The notes: generated by a model not told the origin, from the sequence alone. A DNA stretch of 64,000 bases from Ignavibacteria bacterium (GCA_016191145.1 JACPPD010000012.1:145-64144), one strand, 5' to 3'; positions 40,065 to 50,278 are shown, numbered from the stretch's first letter. A program made the numbers and translations.

Positions 40065-40431
40065 TGTCTTTAACTATTTACCTGACCTCGATAGCGATGA
40101 ACTTGTATATGTTAATTCGTTGGTGTCGCCAATGACCAATGAGCAGGCTCAGCAGTTCGCACTTATATACAGATCGCGCAGAAAGGATCCGCAGACGATA
40201 ATGATCCTAACGCTTTGCGGATTCCTTACGTTCATCGTGCCGTCGGCAGGCTTACAGCGCTTTGTAACTGGCAAAATTGGATTGGGGATTTTGTATTTGC
40301 TTACTGGCGGTCTCTGTTTCATTGGTACAATTGTAGACCTCGTACACTATCGGCGTATCGCATCCGAGTACAACCAACAGCAAGCTTACGAAGTGGCTTT
40401 AATGATGCAGTCAATGACGCCACTTGCATAA
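40057..40431 (+). CDS. TM2 domain-containing protein
   Basis: Two TM helices with GLQRFVTGKIGLGILYLLTGG...GTIVDLV (TM2 pattern). AAGGA lies upstream. It overlaps the DUF2752 stop by 8 nt. Confidence 0.75.
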   Translation: MANVFNYLPDLDSDELVYVNSLVSPMTNEQAQQFALIYRSRRKDPQTIMILTLCGFLTFIVPSAGLQRFVTGKIGLGILYLLTGGLCFIGTIVDLVHYRRIASEYNQQQAYEVALMMQSMTPLA

Positions 40432-40433
40432 CC

Positions 40434-42026
40434 ATGCGTCTCGTTACGGTGCTTGTGCTGATAATTGTAAACCTTCCTGCGAGCGCAGGCCAGACGCCGC
40501 GTCTCGCAGTCGTTGTTTCATTCGACCAGTTCCGCGGTGATTACGCCAAGAAGTTTTCTCAATTCATAGGCTCAAAGGGATTTGCACGAATAGCATTGCA
40601 AGGGGCTGTTTTATCTAAATGTTTTTATCATCATGCCGGTACGGCAACCGGGCCAGGGCATGCAGCCCTGCTGACGGGTTGCGATCCCTATCGGAGCGGA
40701 ATTACATCGAATTATTTCTGTGATACTCGCCAGAAACAATGCGGCTATTGTGCCACCGATTCGAATGATGTTGTTTCACCGATAAAACTCGAAGCGTCAA
40801 CAATTGGCGACGTTCTTCGATCGGCGAATGCTAAATCAAAGGTTATAGGTATTTCGATAAAGGACAGAGCATCGGTGCTGATGGCGGGACACAATCCAAC
40901 GGCTGTGGTATGGGTTGATAAGGAGACGAAAAATTATACCACTAGCTCGTATTACGATACACCAGTGTGGCTATCATCAATAAAGCAACTATCGGCACCG
41001 AAAAAGTTTGCTGGAAAGACATGGAACACTGTGATTCCACAGTCGAAGAATCCTGCCGAGGATGATGTGAGGTATGAGGGTACGATGTCGACTGGGCGCC
41101 GCACGTTCCCCTACAAACTCCCCAAATTCGATAGCGAAGAGTTCTACTCCGATTTTGTGAGATCGCCATTCAGCATGCAGAGTTTGTTCAATGCTGCCTT
41201 TGAAGTTATCGCAGCGGAAAAACTCGGCTCAGATAATCTTCCGGATTTGCTGTGCATTGGAGTATCGACAACTGATTTCGTTGGGCATACCTTTGGACCC
41301 GACAGCAGGGAAGTTCAGGAACTTTATGTCTATGCTGACCAGTTGGTTGCAAGACTGATTGATTCGCTTGACGAACGTGTGGGACGCAAGAATTATGTTC
41401 TCATCATAACATCGGACCATGGCGTAAGCCCCGTCCCCGAAGTACTAAAGAATGACAATATGCCCGGACGTCCGGCTATTGATGCCGGAAGGTACAAGCT
41501 CAGTCAGTTGGTAAGAGGTGTCGACAGTGTACTGAACAAAAGGTTCGGTACACCGCCATCCGGTACCTGGATTTCGATGGCCGATGAGCCCTCAATTTTC
41601 CTTTCAGAATCTGCTATTGCACAACAAGGAGTCGACCGGAGGAGAACAGTTGATGCAGCATGCGCATGGCTGCAATCGCTGAACGGAATCGGAATTGTTG
41701 CACGAAAGGACAGAATGCTTGTTGGTGATTGTCCAGATGGTATTGCTGACGAAGATTGCAAGCTACTTCGTAACTCATTTCATCCGTCGCGTTCGGGCGA
41801 TATTATGATTTTTCCAAAACGGTACTGGGTGATTACTGCCGATGCTGCATCGCATGGTAGTACACATGATTACGATCGGTGGGTGCCATTGATGTTGCTT
41901 GGAGGTCCTGTAAAGAAACAGACATCGGGGAAGCTTGTTTCACCAACCGATATAGCTTCTACACTCGCTCAGTGGTGGAATCTTGCTATGCCACCTACCG
42001 ATGGGAGTCCGCTGCCGTTAAAGTGA
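40434..42026 (+). CDS. Alkaline-phosphatase superfamily enzyme (type I phosphodiesterase/nucleotide pyrophosphatase, PafA-like)
   Basis: It has a signal peptide and VVVSFDQFRGDY, a nucleophile region GTATGPGHAALLTG, then GHTFGP and ITSDHG. ATG at 40434 is 3 nt after the TM2 stop. Confidence 0.75.
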   Translation: MRLVTVLVLIIVNLPASAGQTPRLAVVVSFDQFRGDYAKKFSQFIGSKGFARIALQGAVLSKCFYHHAGTATGPGHAALLTGCDPYRSGITSNYFCDTRQKQCGYCATDSNDVVSPIKLEASTIGDVLRSANAKSKVIGISIKDRASVLMAGHNPTAVVWVDKETKNYTTSSYYDTPVWLSSIKQLSAPKKFAGKTWNTVIPQSKNPAEDDVRYEGTMSTGRRTFPYKLPKFDSEEFYSDFVRSPFSMQSLFNAAFEVIAAEKLGSDNLPDLLCIGVSTTDFVGHTFGPDSREVQELYVYADQLVARLIDSLDERVGRKNYVLIITSDHGVSPVPEVLKNDNMPGRPAIDAGRYKLSQLVRGVDSVLNKRFGTPPSGTWISMADEPSIFLSESAIAQQGVDRRRTVDAACAWLQSLNGIGIVARKDRMLVGDCPDGIADEDCKLLRNSFHPSRSGDIMIFPKRYWVITADAASHGSTHDYDRWVPLMLLGGPVKKQTSGKLVSPTDIASTLAQWWNLAMPPTDGSPLPLK

Positions 42027-43187
42027 GTTAAGAAGGCTTCGCGCAATTACAATTTTTTGAATCTCAGAAGTGCCCTCGCCTATTGTCAGCAATTTTGAAT
42101 CTCGCCAATATTTTTCAACAGGATAGTCCTTTACATATCCATAGCCGCCGTGAATTTGAACAGCATCCTCAGCCGTTCGTACAGCAACCTCCGATGCATA
42201 CAGTTTCGCCTGAGAAGCTTCCAGTGAAAACGACAACCCACTGTCGCGACGCCATGCAGCCTTATACGTTAACAGCCGTGCAGCGTCCAACTCCATAGAC
42301 ATTCGGGCAAGCTTGAATTGTATAGCTTGCATTTTGGAAAGGGGCTGTCCAAATTGTTCTCTTTTATTACTATAAAGAAGCGCAGCATCGAACGCCCCTT
42401 GCGTCAAGCCAACACTCAGTGCAGCTATTGAGATGCGTCCACCATCTAAAATTTTCAGAGCCTGAACAAACCCTTCACCTAAATTTCCCAGCATGTGGCT
42501 TTCAGGGACTCTCACGTTGTCGAGAGTGATTGAGGCTGTATCGGAACAGCGCATGCCAACCTTGTTTTCCTTTTTTGAACCGTAAAAGCCCGGCATCGAT
42601 TTGTCGACAACGAAAGCTGATATTCCGCGCTTGCCTGCCTTACTATCTGTTACGGCCATCACAACGCACACATATCCCACATTCCCATGCGTGATGAAAT
42701 TTTTCGATCCGTTAATAATCCAATGGTCTCCATCTCTTACTGCAGTTGTTTTTGTTCCCCCTGCGTCCGACCCGGCCGACGGTTCGGTGAGACCCCATGC
42801 GCCAAGAAATTCTCCCGTAGCCAATGTTGGTATGTACTTCTGTTTGATTTCCTCGGAACCGAATCGAAGAATATGGCTGGTACACAATCCGTTGTGTGCG
42901 GCAACACCAAGAGCCATGGCAGGGCATCCCCTGGCAACTTCTTCAACAATGATAGAATATTCAAGGGATCCGAGACCCGAGCCGTTGTACTCTGGTGGAA
43001 CAAGAATTCCCAGATAGCCGAGTTCACCGAGCTTTCGAAATATTTCCGTCGGGAATTCCTGCGATTCGTCAAAGGAAGCTGCAACCGGTGCTATTTTTTC
43101 CTCGACGAAGGATCGAACATGCTGGCGGAGAGCATTTTGCTCGTCAGACAATTCAAAGGAAACAGAAGACGTCTGGGTATCATTCAT
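42018..43187 (-). CDS. Acyl-CoA dehydrogenase (short/medium-chain type)
   Basis: 389 aa with GAWGLTEPSAGSD, QIHGGYGYVKDYPVEKYWRD and GEGTSEIQ motifs. Confidence 0.92.
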   Translation of the reverse strand: MNDTQTSSVSFELSDEQNALRQHVRSFVEEKIAPVAASFDESQEFPTEIFRKLGELGYLGILVPPEYNGSGLGSLEYSIIVEEVARGCPAMALGVAAHNGLCTSHILRFGSEEIKQKYIPTLATGEFLGAWGLTEPSAGSDAGGTKTTAVRDGDHWIINGSKNFITHGNVGYVCVVMAVTDSKAGKRGISAFVVDKSMPGFYGSKKENKVGMRCSDTASITLDNVRVPESHMLGNLGEGFVQALKILDGGRISIAALSVGLTQGAFDAALLYSNKREQFGQPLSKMQAIQFKLARMSMELDAARLLTYKAAWRRDSGLSFSLEASQAKLYASEVAVRTAEDAVQIHGGYGYVKDYPVEKYWRDSKLLTIGEGTSEIQKIVIARSLLNSL

Positions 43188-43239
43188 AAAATCGATGAAA
43201 GGAACATTTTGGAGAGAACACTAAAGTATCAACTGTTCC

Positions 43240-43259
43240 ATGTTACGATCTCGTAACAT
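43240..43259. promoter_or_regulatory. Candidate operator: ATGTTACGA-TC-TCGTAACAT (9-bp arms, 2-nt spacer)
   Basis: Read directly. It lies in the 100-bp divergent spacer between the acyl-CoA dehydrogenase gene and the HExxH gene. The spacer is too short for an RNA hairpin loop, so a protein-binding site is more likely. Confidence 0.3.
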
Positions 43260-43287
43260 AAAGCACGAAAAATAGTTAACTTTCAAT

Positions 43288-44439
43288 GTGTATAGGGGTT
43301 TAATCACGATATTATTTCTACATTCCGTCCTCGTTCCGTTGATAATTTATGCATTGGGATCCGATATTCCCCTAGTAAGAATTATGCAGCGCATTGACAC
43401 CACCAACCCGGCAGTGCGCGTAATTCTTGCGGCTTGGGTAGACAGTCTCGATACGTGGAGAAGCATCGAACCGGGAACCGTAGAGTGGAATATAGACAAG
43501 ACATCCAATGCATTTGCTCAAAAAAAGCTGGTGCTCGATTGGTTCGGTCAGTCTGGCGATATTATCAAGACATATCCACCGACGGTTATGAGCATTGAAC
43601 CAAACGAAGATGTTTGGTTTGTTAGAACGCTGTTTGCAACCGTTGATACACATAGCGGACACGTGATACCACTAGGGATTTTACGGACAGTCTTTTCGAT
43701 TGATAGTAACAATAGGCCTCAGGTCGATAACCCGTATAATTCGTGGATCAAAAATTGGAATGTTGTAAAAAGCGGTCCAATAAGTTTCTATCATCCTCGC
43801 GAAAAAGCGCTCTCCAGGGAGCGAATGGACGGCGCCGTTAAGTACATGGAGTCCGTATCGCGGATGTTCGAAATCGAGCCCCCTACATCAATCACGATGG
43901 TGGTAGCCAGAAACCGCGACGAGATGTGCAACCTGCTTGGAATAGAGTACTATGCATTTCCACCAACGGGAATTGCATATCCGGAGTACTCCCTGATTAT
44001 TTCCGGACTCAACGATCCTTACTATCCTCACGAGATTACGCATGTAGTGCTTCGCGAACTTGAGCAAAACGCGCACCCGATAATTCGAGAAGGAGTGGCT
44101 ACATGGTTAGGAGGTAGTATCAACGATAATCTGGCTCAGTTAGTTGTGATGTATCTCGAAGGAACTCCCCAGCACGACATACCTTCGTTTGTTGGATTGT
44201 TTACCGACCCTGAAATTTCGCAGGACGATCAGTATGTTCTCGGCGCAGTTGTGTGTGAGGCAATTGCGCAACGCCACGGAGTGTCCGCAATCAAGCGGCT
44301 CCTTGCTGCTAAATCGACCTCCGAAGTCATGCTCCTTGCCAGCCGCTATCTTGATATAGACCCAAGCGATAAACAAGAGTCACTGATACCATTCTTGAAC
44401 GAAGTAGTAAGCGCATCTTCAGCGAAACCAGGTCACTAA
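43288..44439 (+). CDS. Putative gluzincin-type metallopeptidase (HExxH...E), otherwise uncharacterised
   Basis: 383 aa with an N-terminal hydrophobic segment, then YYPHEITHVVLRELEQNAHPIIREGVATW, which supplies HExxH plus a downstream Glu. GTG start. Confidence 0.5.
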   Translation: MYRGLITILFLHSVLVPLIIYALGSDIPLVRIMQRIDTTNPAVRVILAAWVDSLDTWRSIEPGTVEWNIDKTSNAFAQKKLVLDWFGQSGDIIKTYPPTVMSIEPNEDVWFVRTLFATVDTHSGHVIPLGILRTVFSIDSNNRPQVDNPYNSWIKNWNVVKSGPISFYHPREKALSRERMDGAVKYMESVSRMFEIEPPTSITMVVARNRDEMCNLLGIEYYAFPPTGIAYPEYSLIISGLNDPYYPHEITHVVLRELEQNAHPIIREGVATWLGGSINDNLAQLVVMYLEGTPQHDIPSFVGLFTDPEISQDDQYVLGAVVCEAIAQRHGVSAIKRLLAAKSTSEVMLLASRYLDIDPSDKQESLIPFLNEVVSASSAKPGH

Positions 44440-44481
44440 CACTTCGTAGTTTTGCCATTCAAATCAATTCTGGAGACAGTT

Positions 44482-47304
44482 ATGATGCCGACGATCATCA
44501 GGTCCGTCGCGTTGTTAGTATTTATTGTCAGTGTCAATACAACAATTGTACAGGGGCAAATAGACGATAGCAAAACGGTACCATTTAACTCAAAAGTTGT
44601 AACGGGAAAACTTCAAAACAACATTCCCTTTTACATTTTAAAGAACTCGAAGCCCGAAAAGAGACTCGATCTTATTCTGACTGTGAATGCTGGAGCAGTC
44701 CTTGAGGATAAAGATCAAGATGGTCTTGCGCACTTCTGCGAACACATGGCATTCAATGGAACAAAGGAATTTCCAAAACAGGAATTAGTAAACTTTTTGG
44801 AATCAACAGGTATTCGGTTCGGAGCCGATTTAAACGCATATACCAATCAGGATGAGACTGTGTACATGTTAACAATACCGATAACGTCGGTAAACAATGT
44901 TATTACTGGCGTCAAGGTTTTGCGAGACTGGGCTGGTTTCGTTACATACAGCGATGAAGACATCGAGGCGGAAAGGGGAGTTGTATTGGAGGAGTGGAGA
45001 CTTGGCCGCGGCGCCGATGAGCGTGTTCGTACAAAGCACTTTCCCGCAATGTATTATGGTTCACCGTATGCAGAACACGATGTGATAGGAGATACGGCCG
45101 TACTTCGGCATGCTCCGCCAGACGCTCTTCGCAGATTCTATAAGACATGGTATAAGCCTGAAAACTTGGCTGTAATAGCTGTCGGCGACATTGAGCCGCA
45201 CGTTCTCAGTGAGATTCTTCAGAAATATTTCGTCTTGCAGGTTATCAGCAGCGGCAACGAAACGAAAAGCAGACCGCAGATCACTCTTCCAGAACACAAA
45301 CAGAGCATTGTAAGCATTGCATCCGATCCGGAACTACAAGCCGCATCTTGCCAGGTGATTATCAAACACATCGCCGACACAGTGGTTACGTATGCCGACT
45401 ATCGAAAATCAATTGTTAAGAATTTAGGTTTTGCAATGCTCAACTCGCGTTTGAGGGAGTTGACGCAAAAGGCGAAACCGCCATTTGCTCGTGCATTTGT
45501 GGGGATATATCCCATCGCGCGCGAAAACCGATCGTTCTATGGTATCGCAACATCGGCAGATAAAAATGTGCTGACATCTTTTAACGCATTGATGACTGAG
45601 ATTCAGCGAGTTAAACTCCACGGTTTTACTGATACCGAGCTAAAGAGAGCAAAGGATGAGTTGTCGGCACAAATGGAATCCTATTACAACGAGCGTGACA
45701 AAACAGAGTCGCAACAATTGGCCTTCGAGCTCTCCAGACACGTGCTGTCGGCGGAATCCGTGCCCGGGATAGCCCACGAAACAGAGATATACAGGCACTA
45801 TTTACCCGGAATTACGGAAGCGGAGTGCGCCGACGCATTGCGTGCAATGATGAGTGATGAAAATCGGGTCTACCTGTTATCTGTTCCGGAAGGCAACGGA
45901 TACCTTATGCCAAAGGAGCAGCAGGTGCAAGATTTGCTTGCTGCCGTTGCTGATAAAAAGATTGAGCCATACATCGACAAGGTAGTAACAAGGCCGCTTC
46001 TTTCGTCGGCGCCATCTGCAGGTACGATTGTCAAAAATGAGTATGTACCGGATATCGACTCAAAGAAACTGACTTTATCGAATGGAGCTACAGTATATCT
46101 GAAAAAAACTGATTATAAAAATGATGAGATTCTCTTTGAGGCAAACGGTTTTGGCGGACAGTCTCTTGGCGCTGATGCCGACCACATCACACTCTCGTTC
46201 AGCGCCTCGCTTGTTGATGAGTCGGGAATTGCCGATGTATCGCTAACAGATCTTCAAAAAATGCTCCAAGGCAAGACGCTGAGCCTCTCTCCATACATTA
46301 GTATGGAAAAGCAGGGACTCAGAGGATCGGCAGCACCACGCGATTTTGAAATGATGATGCAATTGGCATATCTGTATTTCACTGCGCCACGAATAGACGA
46401 TGAATCAGTGCAATCCTGGAAGACACGGACGAAGGCTGAGTTGGACAACAAGGAAAAGAGTCCCGAAGCTGCACTGTTTGATTCGTTGATGTACATCATG
46501 TCGGGCAGGCATCCGCGGGCAATGCCCATTACATCAGCCAGTCTTGATAAAATCGACCAAAAGAAGGCTCTTGATTTTTTCAAGGCACGATTTGCAAATG
46601 CGGCAGGTTTTACGTTTTCGATAGTAGGCAACTACGATGAAGCCCAAACAGAGGAATACATTAAAAAATATTTGGCAAGTCTGCCAGGCGATCCTAAGAA
46701 GAGAGAGACGTGGAAGGATGTTGGAATGAAAACGCCTCACGAAAAAATTGAAAAGATTATTCTAAAAGGCGAGGAACCGAAAAGTTTTGTTGTGCTGGCT
46801 TATACAGGTGATGGCTCCTACAATCCGCAATCGCGATACGACTTATCTGCCTTGGGTGAAGTGATGAATATCCGACTGCGAGAGCAAATGCGTGAAGAAG
46901 CTGGTGGAGTTTATTTCGTTTCGGTACAGCCCCAAGTTGAAAAAATCCCCCACGAGGAATATACTTTGGCAATAATTTTTTCGTGCTCTCCGGATAGAGT
47001 TGATGAACTGTCTGGAATCGTAGAGAAAGAGGTGGGATACCTGAAAAACAACTTCGTTGACGATTCATACATTCAGAAGGTAAGGGAAATTCAAACCAAG
47101 GAACGCGAGGTTCAGAAGAAGAAGAATCAGTTCTGGTCAAGAGCCATCTGGCAGGTTGTTGAAAGCGATGAAATGTTTTCGGCCATCGACTTGCGTGATA
47201 AGTTGATTGCCGGGCTGAACAAGGAGCAAATCAAAGCAACGGCCTCGAAGTATCTGAATCAAAACAGCTATTTAAAGTTCGCACTGAAGCCAGCTACTAA
47301 TTAA
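44482..47304 (+). CDS. M16 (pitrilysin/insulinase) family zinc peptidase, double-length
   Basis: The inverted zinc motif HFCEHMAFNGT (HxxEH), a signal peptide, and a length near 940 aa that implies active plus inactive M16 halves. GGAG lies 7 nt before the ATG at 44482. Confidence 0.88.
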   Translation: MMPTIIRSVALLVFIVSVNTTIVQGQIDDSKTVPFNSKVVTGKLQNNIPFYILKNSKPEKRLDLILTVNAGAVLEDKDQDGLAHFCEHMAFNGTKEFPKQELVNFLESTGIRFGADLNAYTNQDETVYMLTIPITSVNNVITGVKVLRDWAGFVTYSDEDIEAERGVVLEEWRLGRGADERVRTKHFPAMYYGSPYAEHDVIGDTAVLRHAPPDALRRFYKTWYKPENLAVIAVGDIEPHVLSEILQKYFVLQVISSGNETKSRPQITLPEHKQSIVSIASDPELQAASCQVIIKHIADTVVTYADYRKSIVKNLGFAMLNSRLRELTQKAKPPFARAFVGIYPIARENRSFYGIATSADKNVLTSFNALMTEIQRVKLHGFTDTELKRAKDELSAQMESYYNERDKTESQQLAFELSRHVLSAESVPGIAHETEIYRHYLPGITEAECADALRAMMSDENRVYLLSVPEGNGYLMPKEQQVQDLLAAVADKKIEPYIDKVVTRPLLSSAPSAGTIVKNEYVPDIDSKKLTLSNGATVYLKKTDYKNDEILFEANGFGGQSLGADADHITLSFSASLVDESGIADVSLTDLQKMLQGKTLSLSPYISMEKQGLRGSAAPRDFEMMMQLAYLYFTAPRIDDESVQSWKTRTKAELDNKEKSPEAALFDSLMYIMSGRHPRAMPITSASLDKIDQKKALDFFKARFANAAGFTFSIVGNYDEAQTEEYIKKYLASLPGDPKKRETWKDVGMKTPHEKIEKIILKGEEPKSFVVLAYTGDGSYNPQSRYDLSALGEVMNIRLREQMREEAGGVYFVSVQPQVEKIPHEEYTLAIIFSCSPDRVDELSGIVEKEVGYLKNNFVDDSYIQKVREIQTKEREVQKKKNQFWSRAIWQVVESDEMFSAIDLRDKLIAGLNKEQIKATASKYLNQNSYLKFALKPATN

Positions 47305-48769
47305 GGGGAGCCAGGCTTTCTATAGAGAGCATGTTAGTCCGCGCTCTGCCAACAAGCGGACGACCGATGGTGAAAACTACAAACGCGCTGGCAGGGAGAA
47401 TCTTCTCCCTCACCAGCGCGTCTTTTATGCTCTCTATTGTTTCATCGGTTGTGGTGATGGTGTCCATCACTAATCCTGTTACACCCCAGTACATCGACAT
47501 TCTGCGCGCAACTGATCGCATCGAAGTAATACCGATGATGGGACAATGGGGTCTTCTGTTCGATATTAGCCGTGCCGTTTCTCCGCTGTAGCTAAGTGAA
47601 ATTATAGCAGAAACACGAGGGTCCTCTGCTATGTGTGCCGCCGCCGCCGCTACTGCCAGCGTATTCTTCTCCCTAATGGAAGGCATCGAGACGCGCGCGC
47701 CACTCGGTACTTCAGCTTCGACTACAACCTGCTCCGCCTCCGAACAGATTAATCGCATGTAATGAACAGCCTCGATGGGATATGCACCAACCGATGTCTC
47801 TGCACTTAGCATCACAGCATCGGTACCGTCGATTACTGCATTAGCAACGTCGCTGGCTTCGGCACGTGTTGGACGTGGAGCCTTTATCATCGACTCAAGC
47901 ATCTGAGTGGCAGTAATTACAGGCTTGGCATGTTCATTACATAATTTTATTATTTTCTTTTGTACAAGCGGAACGTTTTGCGCAGGAATCTCTACGCCGA
48001 GATCGCCCCTTGCCACCATGATTGCATCTGATGCCTCTACGATGCTTTCAATATTTGCAAGTGCCTCCGGCTTTTCAATCTTAGCAATTACATGTTGTGA
48101 ACCGCCGTACTTGTGTATATATCGCCGAACATTTTCAATATCAGCAGCGGTCCGAACAAACGATAGTGCCACAAAATCGCAGTCCTGTTCGATGGCAAAT
48201 CGAACGTCAGCTCGGTCCTTAGTCGTCATAGACGGCTGCGATACCAACGTCTGAGGCAGATTAATACCCTTTCTGGGTTTCAACACGCCGCCGTTTACCA
48301 CAATACACGTAACAACTTCTCCGCTGGTTTGCTTTACCTGGAGTTTCAGCATGCCGTCGTCGAGCAGAAGTACGTCGCCCTTTCTAACATCCTTTGCAAG
48401 AGTTGGGTAATTAACAGGAATTAGATCATCACCGATTGTAAGTTTCTTTTGCTTAATCACCGAAACATCGGCAAGCTTCACATCATGTCCGACAAGCATC
48501 ATTAGCTGGTTGAGTTCTCCGAAGTCGCCGACGCGGATCTTTGGCCCCTGTAAGTCTGCGACGATAGAAATATTGATGCCCAGTTTCTTCTCGGCGTTTC
48601 GGATGCATTCGATGTAATGTGAGTGACTTGAGTACGAACCATGCGACATGTTTAACCGAAACGCATTTGCGCCGGCCTTTGCCATTGCTATAACCTTTTC
48701 AGTTGTCGCAACAGCCGGACCCATTGTGCAAAGAATTTTTGCTTTTTGCCCGAGTGAAGCAGAAAGCAT
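47297..48769 (-). CDS. pyk: Pyruvate kinase
   Basis: KILCTMGPA, FRLNMSHGS, MVARGDLGVEIP and VMLSAETSVG motifs; 490 aa. Confidence 0.95.
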   Translation of the reverse strand: MLSASLGQKAKILCTMGPAVATTEKVIAMAKAGANAFRLNMSHGSYSSHSHYIECIRNAEKKLGINISIVADLQGPKIRVGDFGELNQLMMLVGHDVKLADVSVIKQKKLTIGDDLIPVNYPTLAKDVRKGDVLLLDDGMLKLQVKQTSGEVVTCIVVNGGVLKPRKGINLPQTLVSQPSMTTKDRADVRFAIEQDCDFVALSFVRTAADIENVRRYIHKYGGSQHVIAKIEKPEALANIESIVEASDAIMVARGDLGVEIPAQNVPLVQKKIIKLCNEHAKPVITATQMLESMIKAPRPTRAEASDVANAVIDGTDAVMLSAETSVGAYPIEAVHYMRLICSEAEQVVVEAEVPSGARVSMPSIREKNTLAVAAAAAHIAEDPRVSAIISLSYSGETARLISNRRPHCPIIGITSMRSVARRMSMYWGVTGLVMDTITTTDETIESIKDALVREKILPASAFVVFTIGRPLVGRARTNMLSIESLAPLN

Positions 48770-48780
48770 ATAGTTATTTC

Positions 48781-49593
48781 CTACTGTGTAACAACTGTGG
48801 TTATTGGAGGCGGTGATGAAAACGCCTCAATGCTCAGCGCCCTGCCGGTATCGGCATCAATTACAACATGAGCGCCGCATACCCTTACATCGTCGGTTGC
48901 GTTTTCGTATTTGTGCGCTGTTTGTAACATCAATCGCTTTAATGCAATTTCTTTTTTTAGGCCGATGACAGAGTCGTATGGACCTGACATTCCAACATCT
49001 GAAATGTATGCTGTCCGCTTAGGAAGAATTCTTGCGTCGGCAGTCTGTATATGCGTATGCGTGCCAATCACGGCACTCACTCTGCCATCCAAATACCAGC
49101 CCATGGCAATCTTTTCGGCAGATGCGTCTGCGTGGAAATCGGTGATAATGATTTTGGTGTGGGATGCCAAACGCGCAATTGCATGATCTGCAGCCTTAAA
49201 GGGATCGTCGATGGGCTGCATATACACCCGGCCCTGTATCTGCAGCACTCCAATCTGTCGTTGGTCTGGGAGGGTTATCAAGGACCAACCTCTACCCGGG
49301 TTTTCCTGAGGATAGTTATAGGGCCTGAGAACATGTGGGTTTTCTTTTAGTAGGGGGCGAGATTTCCAGTTATCCCAAACGTGGTTACCAGTTGTAATGC
49401 AGTGAACGCCCGCAGCAAATAGCTCGTTGGCTTCCTTGTCTGAAAGCCCCTTACCGTCTACAATGTTTTCGCCGTTGACGATGGTGACGTCGGCCGTGTA
49501 CTTCCGCACGAGTTCCGGCAGTTGACGGAGTACTTCCTGTAATCCGACGTGCCCGACAACATCACCTATGAACAACACATGAAACGGCCGCAT
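48781..49593 (-). CDS. ymdB: YmdB-family metallophosphoesterase (2',3'-cyclic-nucleotide 2'-phosphodiesterase type)
   Basis: MRPFHVLFIGDVVG, VNGEN, TTGNHVWD and GTHTH motifs. Start trimmed to 49593. Confidence 0.88.
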   Translation of the reverse strand: MRPFHVLFIGDVVGHVGLQEVLRQLPELVRKYTADVTIVNGENIVDGKGLSDKEANELFAAGVHCITTGNHVWDNWKSRPLLKENPHVLRPYNYPQENPGRGWSLITLPDQRQIGVLQIQGRVYMQPIDDPFKAADHAIARLASHTKIIITDFHADASAEKIAMGWYLDGRVSAVIGTHTHIQTADARILPKRTAYISDVGMSGPYDSVIGLKKEIALKRLMLQTAHKYENATDDVRVCGAHVVIDADTGRALSIEAFSSPPPITTVVTQ

Positions 49594-49641
49594 ATCATCC
49601 AAAACTACGAAGGACCGTCGTCGGCGTAATTTTGTACTCAA

Positions 49642-50199
49642 ATGGCAACGCGCATTTACACGAAGACGGGCGACGATGGCACCACTGGGCTTTTTGGTGG
49701 AGTGCGTGTTCCAAAGGAGCATATTCGAATTGAAGCCTACGGCACAGTCGACGAGCTCAACGCAGTAATCGGTGTTGCCTTATCGTGCGAAACAACGTTT
49801 GCGCTGCACGACGAGCTACAGCATATTTCAAGACTCATGTTTGTTGTTGGATCTGACTTGGCTACACCACGCAATCCTACACCTGCGTACAACATTCCGC
49901 GGATAACGTCGGAACACATCACACAACTCGAACGTCTGATCGACGCTCATGAGGACACACTGCCGGCACTCAAAAATTTCATTTTACCCGGCGGAATTTC
50001 TGCGGCGGCGCACTTGCATCATGCTCGGACTATTTGTCGCAGAGCTGAGAGAATTGTGTCGGCTCTTGTAAAGGAAGAGGACATTGGACCCGACGTTTTG
50101 CCATTTCTTAACAGACTCTCCGATTATTTGTTTGTGGCAGCTCGCCGCGCCAATCATGATGCACACATTAACGATGTTCTATGGCATTCTGAGTTATGA
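49642..50199 (+). CDS. pduO: PduO-type ATP:cob(I)alamin adenosyltransferase
   Basis: The N-terminal IYTKTGDDGTTGLFGG, FILPGG and RTICRRAER motifs; 185 aa. Confidence 0.9.
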   Translation: MATRIYTKTGDDGTTGLFGGVRVPKEHIRIEAYGTVDELNAVIGVALSCETTFALHDELQHISRLMFVVGSDLATPRNPTPAYNIPRITSEHITQLERLIDAHEDTLPALKNFILPGGISAAAHLHHARTICRRAERIVSALVKEEDIGPDVLPFLNRLSDYLFVAARRANHDAHINDVLWHSEL

Positions 50200-50278
50200 T
50201 TATGCACTACTATCGAGATATCCTTCTATTTTCGATTCCATATTCTCCAACCACGTTCTCACAATAAAGGTACCTTAA

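Noticed and set aside
40215-40433. Upstream extension of the phosphatase ORF overlapping the TM2 gene in another frame
   Set aside because: A signal peptide begins at the Met at 40434. The TM2 frame carries the recognisable domain.
42687-43256. 189-aa ORF antisense to acyl-CoA dehydrogenase (a similar 175-aa ORF lies at 60205-60732 antisense to hbd)
   Set aside because: Both are shadow ORFs within canonical metabolic genes, with no independent evidence.
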